Assembly (NCBI RefSeq): GCF_009914755.1
Contig: NC_060946.1
DNA: 64,000 nucleotides
Source of the DNA: the human T2T-CHM13v2.0 reference genome, Homo sapiens
Direction: 5' to 3' (one strand)
The position numbers and the translations under genes were made by a program. This document shows, piece by piece, positions 13,701-28,368 of the stretch. Below the pieces are notes generated by a model, which had not been told where the DNA came from, searched no databases, and worked only from the letters and a program-made list of their open reading frames with translations. Within the stretch, counting starts at the first letter, position 1. Each line of letters starts with the position of its first letter.

Positions 13701-13816
13701 CAGATGGCAGCTCTGACCCCAGAAGCCACGCTTCCTGGGGATGCAGCTTGGGTGCACTGTGGAAAGGAACTGAGGCTGTGGCTACAGAAAAACAGTTAAC
13801 ACCTTCTGTAAGATGC

Positions 13817-13822
13817 TTTATT
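13817..13822 (-). terminator. KLHL22: KLHL22 polyadenylation signal AATAAA
   Basis: tttatt on + about 520 nt past the stop, followed on minus by GU/U-rich sequence (GGTGTTAACTGTTTTTCTGT). Confidence 0.8.
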
Positions 13823-14344
13823 TCATTGACCAACAACATGGGGTCTGAAAACCCAGCGGGAGGGGTCTTTTTATCACAGAGCCAGTCCCAGGCGAGCTGA
13901 TGCATCTCTGCTCCTCTGCCCCTCAGGAGCTCTCATCCTCCAACCCCAGCTGCCCCCACAGCCCCACCCCATTCACAGAAAGAGGGCTACCACGTGCCTC
14001 AGCCCCCCTGCCCAGGCTGCCAGCTCCCAGGTCCTTTTGGAGAAGGACTGATCTAGGCAGGGAGGAGAGAAGGCCAACCCCTCCAGGGCTCACTGAGGAA
14101 GGCCAAAGCCTTTCAGAAGCAGTTCCTGCAGTGACGTAATCCACAGCCTGGGATCTGCACGGCCCTGAGATGCCTGCGGCAGGCTGGCCAAGGGGCTGGT
14201 GTGAAGAAAGAGGGCAGGGCCCATAAGCTGTGGCCAACAGGGGCAGGGGCCCTGCCTGGAGTAAAGTGCTCTGGCCTAGGCTGCGTGGGTTTCACTGCCC
14301 TGCAGCCCCAGCCTCCCTTCCCTCTGATGCCAGGCACAGGGAGC

Positions 14345-14710
14345 CTAGTCCTCACTGGAGTTGTCAAACTCCTCCCAGTCAGACACACTCATCACCTCAG
14401 AGGCAAAGTCCGGGTCGGCCTGGCTGCGGTCAGGGGTCCCGCGGGGCGGCTCAAGGAGCAGGGAGCGGGGCAGGGTGAGCACACAGGCCGCCAGGCCTGA
14501 GATGGAGTTGTCCAGCTGGGGCCCTTCCTCCCAGCAGTCCTTCTCCACATCGTAAATGTGCACGTAGCCTGTGCGGCTGCCGCGGTTGTGTGAGCGGCCA
14601 CCTAACACATAGATCCTGTTGTCCAGCACAGCAATGCCAGGCTCACCGTGCCCAGCAGGGAGTGGGCAGACAGATGACCACTGTCCAGACGTGCAGCTGT
14701 AGCAGGCCAC
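14345..14710 (-). CDS. KLHL22: KLHL22 last coding exon (kelch plus acidic tail ...DWEEFDNSSED*), 366 nt
   Basis: TTGCAG acceptor; TAG at 14347-14345; total CDS 1905 nt = 634 aa. Confidence 0.96.
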   Translation of the reverse strand: MACYSCTSGQWSSVCPLPAGHGEPGIAVLDNRIYVLGGRSHNRGSRTGYVHIYDVEKDCWEEGPQLDNSISGLAACVLTLPRSLLLEPPRGTPDRSQADPDFASEVMSVSDWEEFDNSSED

Positions 14711-15514
14711 CTGCAAAGCCAAGGCTAGAATAAAGCCCAGCACCCACTGGGACGAGGCTGCCAGCTCCCCCACAAGCCCACTGACCAAGGTGGCAACAGT
14801 TACCCACCATTCTGACAGGTCAGGCCCCCTGGAAGGATGGCACAGGGCCAGTGTTGAAACATCCTGTCCATGGGCCAGGCTGCTGCTTTCTCACCCAGGG
14901 ATGGCCGAGTCTGCAGGAGGCTGTCTTTTGGGCCCTCCCCTAGAATGATCCTATTCTCTCTGGCTTTGCTCCAGCCCAGCCCTTCCTCTAGGCCACCCGG
15001 CCCTAAGCCAGTCTCTGCCCCCGAGTGTGTGGCTGTGCCCCCATCAGCATGTGGTCATTCCCCATGTCTGAGGGCACTGCTTCTCTCCCCTCCAGGAAAC
15101 GAAGCTGCCTGAGAGACATGGACTCCACTGAAATGTCTTCAACCTCCTTCTGCAGCACTCAACACAGGCAGTAGGACAGGGGGAGGAGACAGAAAGTGGA
15201 AGTAATTCCTTGCGGAGTAGTCAACATCAATATTCTCTTGTCTTCAAAATTGTCCAAACAGTAAACAAAGACATGGAAAAATGTTCAACCTACTAGTAAT
15301 TCAAGAAACGCAAAATCAAAACATCAGAGACAAATTTTTCAACTAGCAACCACTGCAGAGAAGGAAAATCACAAAACCCAATGCTGTTGAGGGTGTGGTA
15401 AAGCCATACTACTATGTATCTGTCTGACATGCCAGAAAAGGAATTTGGCAATAAGTATTAAGAGCCATAAAAATCTTACCTTCTTGACTGATTAGCCGTT
15501 TTTGGTTCTCTAGC

Positions 15515-16703
15515 TATGGTGGGCAGAATAGTGGCCCCCAAAGATGTCTAGTTCCTAATCTCCAGAATATGCTACCTTAAGCAGCCAAAGGGGCTTTGCA
15601 GATAGGATCAAGGGTACAAGAATACAAAAAAAAAAAGGATTAAGGGTGCAGACCCTGAGATGGGGCAGTTTTCCTGGATTTTCCAGGTGATCCATCCAAT
15701 TGCATGAGCCCTTAAAAGTGGAAGGGGAGAGGCCGGGCGTGGTGGCTCACGCCTGTAATCCCAGCACTTTGGGAAGCCAAGGCGGGCTGATCACAAGGTC
15801 AAGAGATCAAGACCATCCTGGCCAACATGGTGAAACCTCGTCTCTACTAAAAATACAAAAATCAGCTGGGCATGGTGGCACATGCCTGTAACCCCAGCTA
15901 CTCGGGAGGCTGAGGCAGGAGAATCACTTGAACCCAGGAGGCAAAGGGTGCAGTGAGCCAAGAGCACCACTGCACTCCAGCCTGGCGACAGAGCGAGACT
16001 CTGTCTCAAACAAACAAACAAAAAAAGTGGAAGGGGAGGCCGGGGGTGGTGGCTCACGCCTGTAATCCTAGCACTTTGGGAGGCTGAGGTGCGTGGATCA
16101 CCTGAGGTCAGGAGTTTGAGACCAGCCTGGCCGACATGGCAAAACCCCGTCTCTACTAAAAATAGAAAAATTAGCTAGGTGTGGTGGCGAACACCTGTAG
16201 TCCTCCTAGCTACTCCGGAGGCTGAAGCAGGAGAATCGCTTAAACCCAGGAGGCAGAGGTTGCAGTGAGCTGAGACTGCACCAGTGCCCCCCAGCCTGGG
16301 TGACAAAGCAAGACTCCATCTCATAAAAAAAAAAAAAAAAAAAGGAAGGGTAAAGCCAGACAAGAGAGCTGAGAAGTGAGGAGGACTCAACCTGCCATTG
16401 CTGGCTTTGAAGACGAAGTGTCCCCAAGCCAGGAAAAGTGGGGACCTCTAGAAGCCAAGAAGGCCCTCAACTGACAGCTAGCAAGGAAATGGGACTGCAA
16501 CTGCCAGGGACTGAATTCTTCTAACCAGAGTGAGCAGGGAGGCAGATCCCCACTAGGGTCTCCACAAAGGAAAGATGCCCTGACCGCACCCTGGTTTTAG
16601 CCTGGCAAGGCCCATGTCAGAGGACTTATGAATGCAGAATAAATTTATCTTAAGTTGCTATGTTTGTGGTGATAGGTTACTGAAGCAATAGAAAACTAAT
16701 GTG
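15515..16703 (+). mobile_element. MLT1-type (ERVL-MaLR) solo LTR interrupted by two tandem Alus (15731-16022, 16038-16343)
   Basis: MLT1-like start (..GGCAGAATAGTGGCCCCCAAAGATGTC) and end (AATAAA...GCAATAGAAAACTAAT). Confidence 0.75.
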
Positions 16704-16704
16704 C

Positions 16705-16864
16705 TGGCCCAGAGGATCTCACAAGCAGAGGACCTGTTAAAAGCCAGATCGCCAAGACCCACCCTCAGGGCTTCCGAATCAGTGGGTCTGAGGTGCCTCG
16801 TAACACAGCGTTCCCAGGTGATGCAGACTCTGTTAGTCTGAGAATCACACTTTGAGAACTGTTG
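16705..16864. mobile_element. MER5A-like hAT-Charlie fragment
   Basis: CCCAGGTGATGC...CACACTTTGAGAAC motif. Confidence 0.65.
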
Positions 16865-16979
16865 CATGAACCTAAGGAAATAATCCAAAATACCTGAAAA
16901 GCTCAACAAAGCAACTATTACTTGTCATGTTATTTGGAATAGTTAAAACTTAGACACAAGAGGGGATGATGAAGATTGA

Positions 16980-18342
<1,363 letters not shown>

Positions 18343-18724
18343 TAAAAGTGTTTAAGAGTAATAAGCAAAGGTAGATGTGTATGTGTGTGATACTGTCATG
18401 GTGACATTTGTCCAAACCTATAGAATGTGCCAAGAGTGAACACTGTGGACTCTGGTTGATGGTGATGCATCAATGCAGTTTCAACAACTGTGACACATCC
18501 ACCCCTCTGGAGCGAGAGGTCTGCAGTGGGGAGGCTATATGTGTATGGGGGGAAAAGGGGGTGTATGGAAACTGTACCTTCCACTTAATTTTGCTGTGAA
18601 CCTAAAACTGCTCTAAAAAATAGTCTATTTTTAAAAGGCACATGATTCAATTACATTTTCCATCAATAACAACTGAGAGGCTTGGGAATGATGACGGGTG
18701 TGGACTGCCCCGGGCCCCACTCAC

Positions 18725-18958
18725 CTGGTGCACGTCCCTCCTGTATCCGGCATCGTTGTTGCTGCCCCCGATCACATACAGCTTGTTGAGGAGGGTTGCC
18801 ATGCCGTGCCAGGCGCGCCGCACAGGCCCGTCAGCCAGTGTGTGCCAAGTGTTGCTGCCTGGATCGTAGCAGTGTGTCTCTTTCAGGTAATCCTCCCCTC
18901 TGCGGCCGCAGGTGATATACATCTTCCCCTCCAGCGTCGCGCCTGCGTGGGCATACAC
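18725..18958 (-). CDS. KLHL22: KLHL22 exon 6 (kelch), 234 nt
   Basis: VYAHAGAT...RRDVHQ; CACAG acceptor, CAG|GTGAGT donor; cumulative 1539. Confidence 0.95.
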
Positions 18959-19733
18959 CTGTGTGGAGCCACCAGGAGAAATGGCGTGAGAGGGCAGTGA
19001 GGAAGGGTGGCTGGGTACTCTGTCAAGGCCAATCACCACCCCACACCTGCCTGACAACGCTGTGAGGCTTCACCACTTCCCACTCACATACAGACAAGAA
19101 TCCTCCCTCGATTCTCATGGGACATACTGTCCTAGTCATTGACCTCTAACCTCTTCCCAATAGCGGATACATCTATAGACTCAGAAATGAAATGTAGCCT
19201 TTGTCTTTCCTTTGCCCCTAAAGTTAACATCTGCATGGGGGAACTCCAAGAAAATAAAAGCATTTTTTCCAAGCCAGTCTGGAAGAAGCCACAGAACCCT
19301 GGGGACCGCTGACCCACCCTCAGTGGCCTCCACCCCTCCCCCACTCCCACTGGACATGCAATCCTCCGGGCCTGCTGACCCTGCTTTTAAAATGTTTGTA
19401 AATAATATCTGACACTAAACTCATGATGTGGGGAGAAAAATACACATGGTTCTTGATTCTGGTCCTGAACCTTCTGTGGGCTTTTTACCCTCCCTCTGTT
19501 GGGCTATCTCCATAGGGCCCAGCCTGCCCCCATCATGGGCACCTCTTACCCTGGCCCTACCACTTCCGGAACCCACCCACTCACACCCAGCAGGCCAACA
19601 GAAGGCCCCAAGGCAAGGCCCTGGGTGTTTTGAGGGTAGAGGAGCCCCTCAGGGTGTGGAGGCTCCAGAGCTATGTTACTGGGCAAGTCACTAACACTGA
19701 GGCCATGCGGGTGGCAAAAACACAAGAGTCTAG

Positions 19734-20063
<330 letters not shown>

Positions 20064-20510
20064 TGACCCACCTGCCTCGGCCTTCCAAAGTGCTAGGATT
20101 ATAGGCATGAGCCACCACGCCCAGCCGAGGTTTTTCTTTTTAATTAAACTTTTCATTTTGAGATAAGTGTAGTCACGTGTCGTTGGAAGTAAAAATACAG
20201 AGGTCTCACGTGCCTTCTTTCCCCCATGGTAGGAGCCTGTGTCACTATATCACAGGGTCACCAGGATGCTGACGTGGACACAGCCACAGAACTGTCCTAT
20301 CACCACCAGGATCCCGAGGGGCTGCCCTTTAGGGTGACATCCACTCACCTCCCTTACCCTAATCCCTTCCTTAAGCCCTGGAAACCACCAATCTCTTCTC
20401 TATTTCTACAGTTTTGTAACTTCAAGAGTGTTGTCTGAATTAAATCAGTATACAACCTTTTGACATTGGCTTTCTACCCCAACCCAGGTTCTACCAGGTT
20501 GTTGCATGTA

Positions 20511-20699
20511 CAGGTTGAGTACCTCCAAAATCTGAGACTTTTTGAGCACAAACACGGCACTCAAAGGAAATGCATTTCAGACTTTTGGATAAGAAATGCT
20601 GAACCAGTAACTATAATGCAAAGATTCCAAAATCTGAAAAAATCTGAAATCCAAAACACTTCTGGTCCCCAGCATTTCAGATAAAGGGTACTCAACATG
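20511..20699. mobile_element. TcMar-Tigger MITE (Tigger4a/MER46-like)
   Basis: TIRs CAGGTTGAGTA / TACTCAACATG flanked by TA on both sides. Confidence 0.75.
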
Positions 20700-20833
20700 T
20701 ACCAATAGTTGGTTCCTTTTCTATTGCTCAGTAGTATTCCATGGGTATCTACCACAGCTTGTTTAACCATTCACTGTTGAAAACACCTGATTTGTTTCCA
20801 GTTTCTGGCTATTACCAATAAAGCTACTATTAA

Positions 20834-21048
<215 letters not shown>

Positions 21049-21193
21049 TAAATACCCAGGATGGTAACTGCCAGATCTGTTTTCCAGAGTGGCTGTACCA
21101 TTTCACATTCCTATCAGCAATCCATGAGCATAGTTTCCCTGCACAGTCACCAGTATTTCGTATTTTCACTACTTTTTATTTTAGTCATCCTGA

Positions 21194-21551
<358 letters not shown>

Positions 21552-21585
21552 TAGCCAGGATGGTCTCAATCTCCTGACCTCGTGA

Positions 21586-21972
<387 letters not shown>

Positions 21973-22185
21973 TGAGCCACCACACCTGGCCGTTTATTGA
22001 GTTTTAAGAGTTGTTTATATATGTATTTATTTAATACTAGTCCTTTGTCAGATAGGTGGTTTGCAAATATTTTTTAATTTTGATGAAGTCCAGCTTATCA
22101 ATTTTTCTTTTTATGGCTCATGCTTTTGGGGTCAAGTCTAAGAATTCCTTGCCTAGCCCTAGCTAGATCCTCAAGATTTTCTTCT

Positions 22186-25100
22186 GGTCATCACGTCGCG
22201 TGGCCGCAGGGAGCAGACCCGGACAGCTCCAGAGCCTCCGGGCCGGGGCGGCGGCGGCGACGCTTCGGCTCCTCCTGAGCCACCTGCTGGACCCGCACCC
22301 CACTCCATCCCCACAGGCTGGGGACAGGCCCTGGCGCGGCTGTGTGGGTTCAGAAGCAGAGTTGCAGAATCCAAGGACCTATTTTTGTTCTTTCTCCGCA
22401 CTGCTTTATGGGAGGCATTATGGCCCCCAAAGACATAATGACAAATACTCATGCTAAATCAATCCTCAGTTCAATGAACTCCGTTGGGAAGAGCAATACC
22501 TTCTGTGATGTGACATTGAGTAGAGCAGAAAGACTTTCCTGCCCATGAGATTGTGCTGGCTGCCTGTAGTGATTACTTCTGTGCCATGTTCACTAGTGAC
22601 CTTTATAGAAGGGGAAACCCTATGTTGACATCCAAGGTTTGACTGCCTCTACCATGGAAATTTTATTGGACTTTGTGTACACGGAAACAGTACATGTGAC
22701 ATGGAGAATGTACAGGAACTGCTTCCTGCAGCCTGTCTGCTTCAGTTGAAAGGTGTGAAACAAGCCTGCTGTGAGTTCTTAGAAAGTCAGTTGGACCCTT
22801 CTAATTGCCTGGGTATTAGGGATTTTGCTGAAACCCACAATTGTGTTGACCTGACACAAGCAGCTGAGGTTTTTAGCCAGAAGAATTTTCCTGAAGTGGT
22901 ACAGCATGAAGAGTTCATTCTTCTGAGGCAAGGAGAGGTGGAAAAGCTAATCAAGTGCGATGAAATTCAGGTGGATCCTGAAGAACCAGTCTTTGAGGCT
23001 GTCATCAGTTGGGTGAAGCATGCCAAGAAAGAGCAGAAAGACTCCTTGCCCAGCCTGCTACAGTATATGCAGATGCCCCTGCTAACCCTCAGGTATATCA
23101 CAGATGTAATAGATGCTGAGCCTTTCATCCACTATGGTTTACAATGCAGGGATCTGGTTGATGAAGCAAAGAAGTTTCATCTGAGGCCTGAACTTCAGAG
23201 TCAGATGCAGGGACCCAGGACAAGGGCTCGCCTAGGAGCCAATGAAGTGCTTTTGGTGGCTGGGGGCTTCGGAAGCCAGCAGTCTCCCATCGATGCAGTA
23301 GAGAAATATGACCCCAAGACTCAGGAGTGGAGCTTTTTGCCAAGCATCACTTGTAAGAGATGTTATGGGGCCTCAGTGTCCCTACATGACCAGATCTACG
23401 TCATTGGTGGCTGTGATGGTCGTTCCAGCCTTAGTTCAGTGGAATGTCTAGACTACACAGCAGATGAGGATGGGGTCTGGTATTCTGTGGCCCCTATGAA
23501 TGTCTGATGAGGTCTTGCTGGAGCCACCACCCTGGGAGATTTGATCTATGTCTCTGGAGGCTTTGATGGAAGCAGGCGTCACACCAGTATGGAGCGGTAT
23601 GATCCAAACATTGACCAGAGGAGCATGCTGGGAGATATGCAGACAGCCCGGGAAGGTGCCGGACTCGTAGTGGCCAGTGGAGTGGTCCACTGTCTAGGAG
23701 GATATGACGGCTTGAATATCTTAAATTCAGTTGAGAAATATGACCCTCATACAGGACACTGGACTAATGTTACACCAATGGCCACCAAGCGTTCTGGTGC
23801 AGGAGTAGCCCTGCTGAATGACCGTATTTATGTGGTGGGGAGATTTGATGGTACAGCCCACCTTTCTTCCGTTGAAGCATACAACATTCGCACTGATTCC
23901 CGGACAACTGCCACCAGTATGACCACTCCACGATGCTATGTAGGGGCCACAGTGCTTCGGGGGAGACTCTATGCAATTGCAGGATATGAAGGTAAGTCCC
24001 TGCTAAGTAGCATTGAATGTTACAACCCTATCATCAACAGCTGGGAAGTCGTGACATCCATGGGAACCCAGCGCTGTGATGCTGGTGTGTGTGTTCTCCA
24101 CAAGAAGTGACCATTGTTGGAGCACCATCCAGAGCTAGTGACCAGTCCAGTGGACAGTTAGTGGGAGAATCAAGAATCCTTTCTAGAATGTCTGTTTCTC
24201 ACTATGTGCACAGGGTGATTACAGGCACCAGTGCAGTGATGATTGTACTTATTTGACACATACTCCCCCTCGTCCTGGTTGTTGTTCCTGAGAAGGGTGG
24301 GTAACAGATACTCCAGGGAAAAGAATGCACATTGAATGGATGTGAGAGACCACATTACCTCTCCCACTACTTTGGGGAGCACTTTCCTGTCATTTCTAAC
24401 TTACCACGTGCTTGGTGTACTATATGTATGTTGTGCCTCATATGTTGCAAAGAACTAAGGTGAGTATAGCCTACTAGATGTGAGCAATATCCAGCCTAGA
24501 TGATTGGAAAGATACCAATTTAAGTAAACTTGGTAAAATCCAAGTCTTTTTTTTTTCCAGGAACAAATACATTTTCTAATCTACAGGTAGCTAGGGGCAA
24601 CACAGTTCCATTCTAAAGGGAAACAAAAGGGAGAGCCCCACAAAACTTTGGGGGCAAGGGAGAGATACTCATCTGACACTTCTTTTGGAGGTCAGGGTTT
24701 GTATATCAGAATTGAAGTTAGAATCAGTGAATTAAACTGAATTTGATGGAATGTGAGTGAACCTAGAACAGCACTGAAGTATTACATAACCTGGAAGACT
24801 GAGAAGGGTATATTCTTTGAATGATCTTTTTATTTCCCCAAGGTCTTTCACACTGGAGACAGCATAAAAGAGTGAACCAATGTTGGGATGAGAGAAGATG
24901 ACATAAATGTGGGAGTTCAGTATAACTGGGGATAAACTAGAAGTACCTGTGATTTTACAGTCATCTTATTGCCTGCCAGGGGTCATCTAGCCATGGCAGT
25001 GTTAACCTTGAATGGGGGTGAAAGCCTTTCTTTGTTGAATCAAATACTACTACACTATTACACTTCCACACTATTTATTTGGGGATGGACTGGGAGTGAC

Positions 25101-25531
25101 AGTAGCCTAGTAGTTCAGCTACCTGATTACTGCCCCATTCTTTTAGAAGCACACTTCTGCCAAGGAGTGGTTTGTACTGCTGTGATTGGTACATTTAGTC
25201 TTTTTTCTGCTATAAGTTTTCCTTACCTGTCCTTTAGTGTAGATTTTATTCATTACAGGACAGAATAATCAAGGACAACCAAAATCCTTTTGTTAGTTTC
25301 AGTACCTCAGCTATCAACATTTCTGAGCTATCATTCAATGTTCCTCTGTGTCATGGAGTGAAATTCTTGTTTTATGGGTATTGGGAGTGTGGGAATGTGA
25401 TAACCTAAACAACCTTTGCTCTGAAATTCCATTTTTCCCTCTTTCCCTGAAGTGTACTGACCTGTACTACAGAGTTAATTTCTTTTGTATTTTTTTAAGA
25501 AAATATTAAAAATCAATGGTCTCAAAAAAAA
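22186..25531 (+). pseudogene. KLHL12P1: Full-length processed pseudogene of KLHL12 (5'UTR, disrupted CDS 22408-24110, 3'UTR, poly-A), antisense in KLHL22 intron 5
   Basis: [20 protein letters not shown] start, intronless BTB-BACK-kelch, frameshifts near 22520/22605/22700, TGA TGA at 23505-23510, ATTAAA 25505-25510, A-tail, TSD AAGATTTTCTTCT at 22173-22185 and 25532-25544. Pseudogene symbol from memory. Confidence 0.93.
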
Positions 25532-25999
25532 AAGATTTTCTTCTTTTTTTTTTCTAGAAGTTTTATGGTTTTACATTTAACTCCATAAACCATTTTGAAT
25601 TCATTTTGGTATATGGTATGAGACTTGGGTTGATATCCATTTTTTTGCCGACGCATGTCTAATTGCTCCAGTACTATTTGCTGAAAGATATCTTTCCTCC
25701 ACTCAATTGTTTCTGCACCTTTGTCCAAAATCATGTGTAACATGACTGGGCATATTTACTCAGGTCTGTGGGTTTTCCATTCTGTTTCACTGATCTATGT
25801 GTCTATCACTGTATCCATACCACAGCCTTGATTACTGTAGCTATGTAGTAATCTTGAAATTGGGCAGACTCCTCCCATCTTATCGTTCTTTTTCAAAATT
25901 ATTTGAGCTATTCTAGTTCCTTTGCCTTTATATATACATTTCAGAATAATCTCATTTACATCTAATGTCACAAGTAAAATCAAATCAAAATTAAAAAAT

Positions 26000-26718
<719 letters not shown>

Positions 26719-27176
26719 TCACAGCAGTTACAACACAGTTTATAAAGCATGAATGAGGAAGAATATTGTTCCCTACTGTGCATGTGGAGCTGCATAAGCT
26801 TTCTTTGTAAAGCTATCACACTGAGGGAGGAAAGCTTAAGTTTCAGTTACATGGCTACAGGCAGTTGGCCTAGGGGTATATCCAAACCTCAGCTTCAATT
26901 TTCATTTTCCCTTAATAGTACAAAAAACCTTCCTGAAATTTTGATAGGAATACTAGTATTCCTGTATTAATACTATATCAATATGAGGAATTCTGTATTA
27001 ATATATGTATTATTAATTGGGTTGGGAAAGAACTGACATTCTTACTATTCTTACTCTTCCAATCCATGGACTTGGTATGTCTCTCCATCTATTCACATCT
27101 TCTTTTATTTCTTTCATCGGCTTTTTGTAATATTCAGTGTACCAATCCTGTGAGGTTTTTTGTTTGTTTGTTTTGA

Positions 27177-27386
<210 letters not shown>

Positions 27387-27751
27387 TGAACTCCTGACCT
27401 CAGGTGATCCCCCCCGCCTGGGCCTCCCAAAGTGCTGGGATTACAGACGTGAGCCACCGCGCCCTGCCAACATGACCTATCCTTTTTCATTCCCCAACAT
27501 CTGATCCATCAGCAAGCCTGATCAGTTTACCTCCACGCTACACTCTGAACCCTCCCATCTCCCTCCAGCTCCACAGCTGTGTGCCAGCACAGGCTACTGC
27601 TGTCTTCAGCCCAGACCATGCAATGACCCAGGGCCAGCCTCGCTTGCTCTGCTCTTGATCCTTGGGCTTCCTTCTTCTACAAGCATGCCCCATGCTTCCT
27701 CTCCTGCTCAGGAAAAACTGTGAGCCCCTCTCCTGCCCTGGAAGGTCCTTC

Positions 27752-28368
27752 TGCTAGACTAGGCAGATGGTTAGATATGAGCAGGGAAGTGGACTCCAGG
27801 TTGGCCTCAGCCCCTAGCATGGCCAGAGGGACTATGACCTCTGAGACATGTTAACCACACCTGGGGTTTCAAAAGTCCCAACCCCTCTTTCAGTTAAGCT
27901 TATCCAGCTCAAGTAGGAACTAACCCCACAAGGAACTTTCCACCCCCGGGAGCCTGTGTTGTATAGTTTGCCCCAGTTTTGCTTGCTTCGAAAGTAACCT
28001 TTTGTTCACTGCAGTGGTAAAAAACACACCTCCTGGGTGAAGATTTAAGATGCTAATGAGACATGCGATAAATACACTAGCACGTAGAGCCACAGTGCAT
28101 GCGCTGCTAGAAGACCACCCAAACAAAACATGCTTATGAGTAACACCTCTTCCCGCCCATTTATGAATAATCATGTAAGCCTCCTGTAAGGGAGGTTTCC
28201 CATGCCAGTTGGGGCGATCTTATTCTGGAGCAGCCTGCTCTGACTCGGCCTTCAGAATGTACCTTCACTTTTGCAATAAACTGCCTTACACTTATCTTCG
28301 TTAATGCATGTCTCTTGCTTAAAGTCTTAACCAAGAAGACAAGAACCGAGGACACATTCCCAGTAACA
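27752..28368 (+). mobile_element. ERV1-class solo LTR (MER50-like; family uncertain)
   Basis: TG...CA ends, near-TSD CTTC/TTTC, internal AATAAA near 28275. Confidence 0.65.

Noticed and set aside
24969-25268. Hydrophobic 99-aa ORF
   Set aside because: Lies in the copied KLHL12 3'UTR; T-rich composition explains the hydrophobicity
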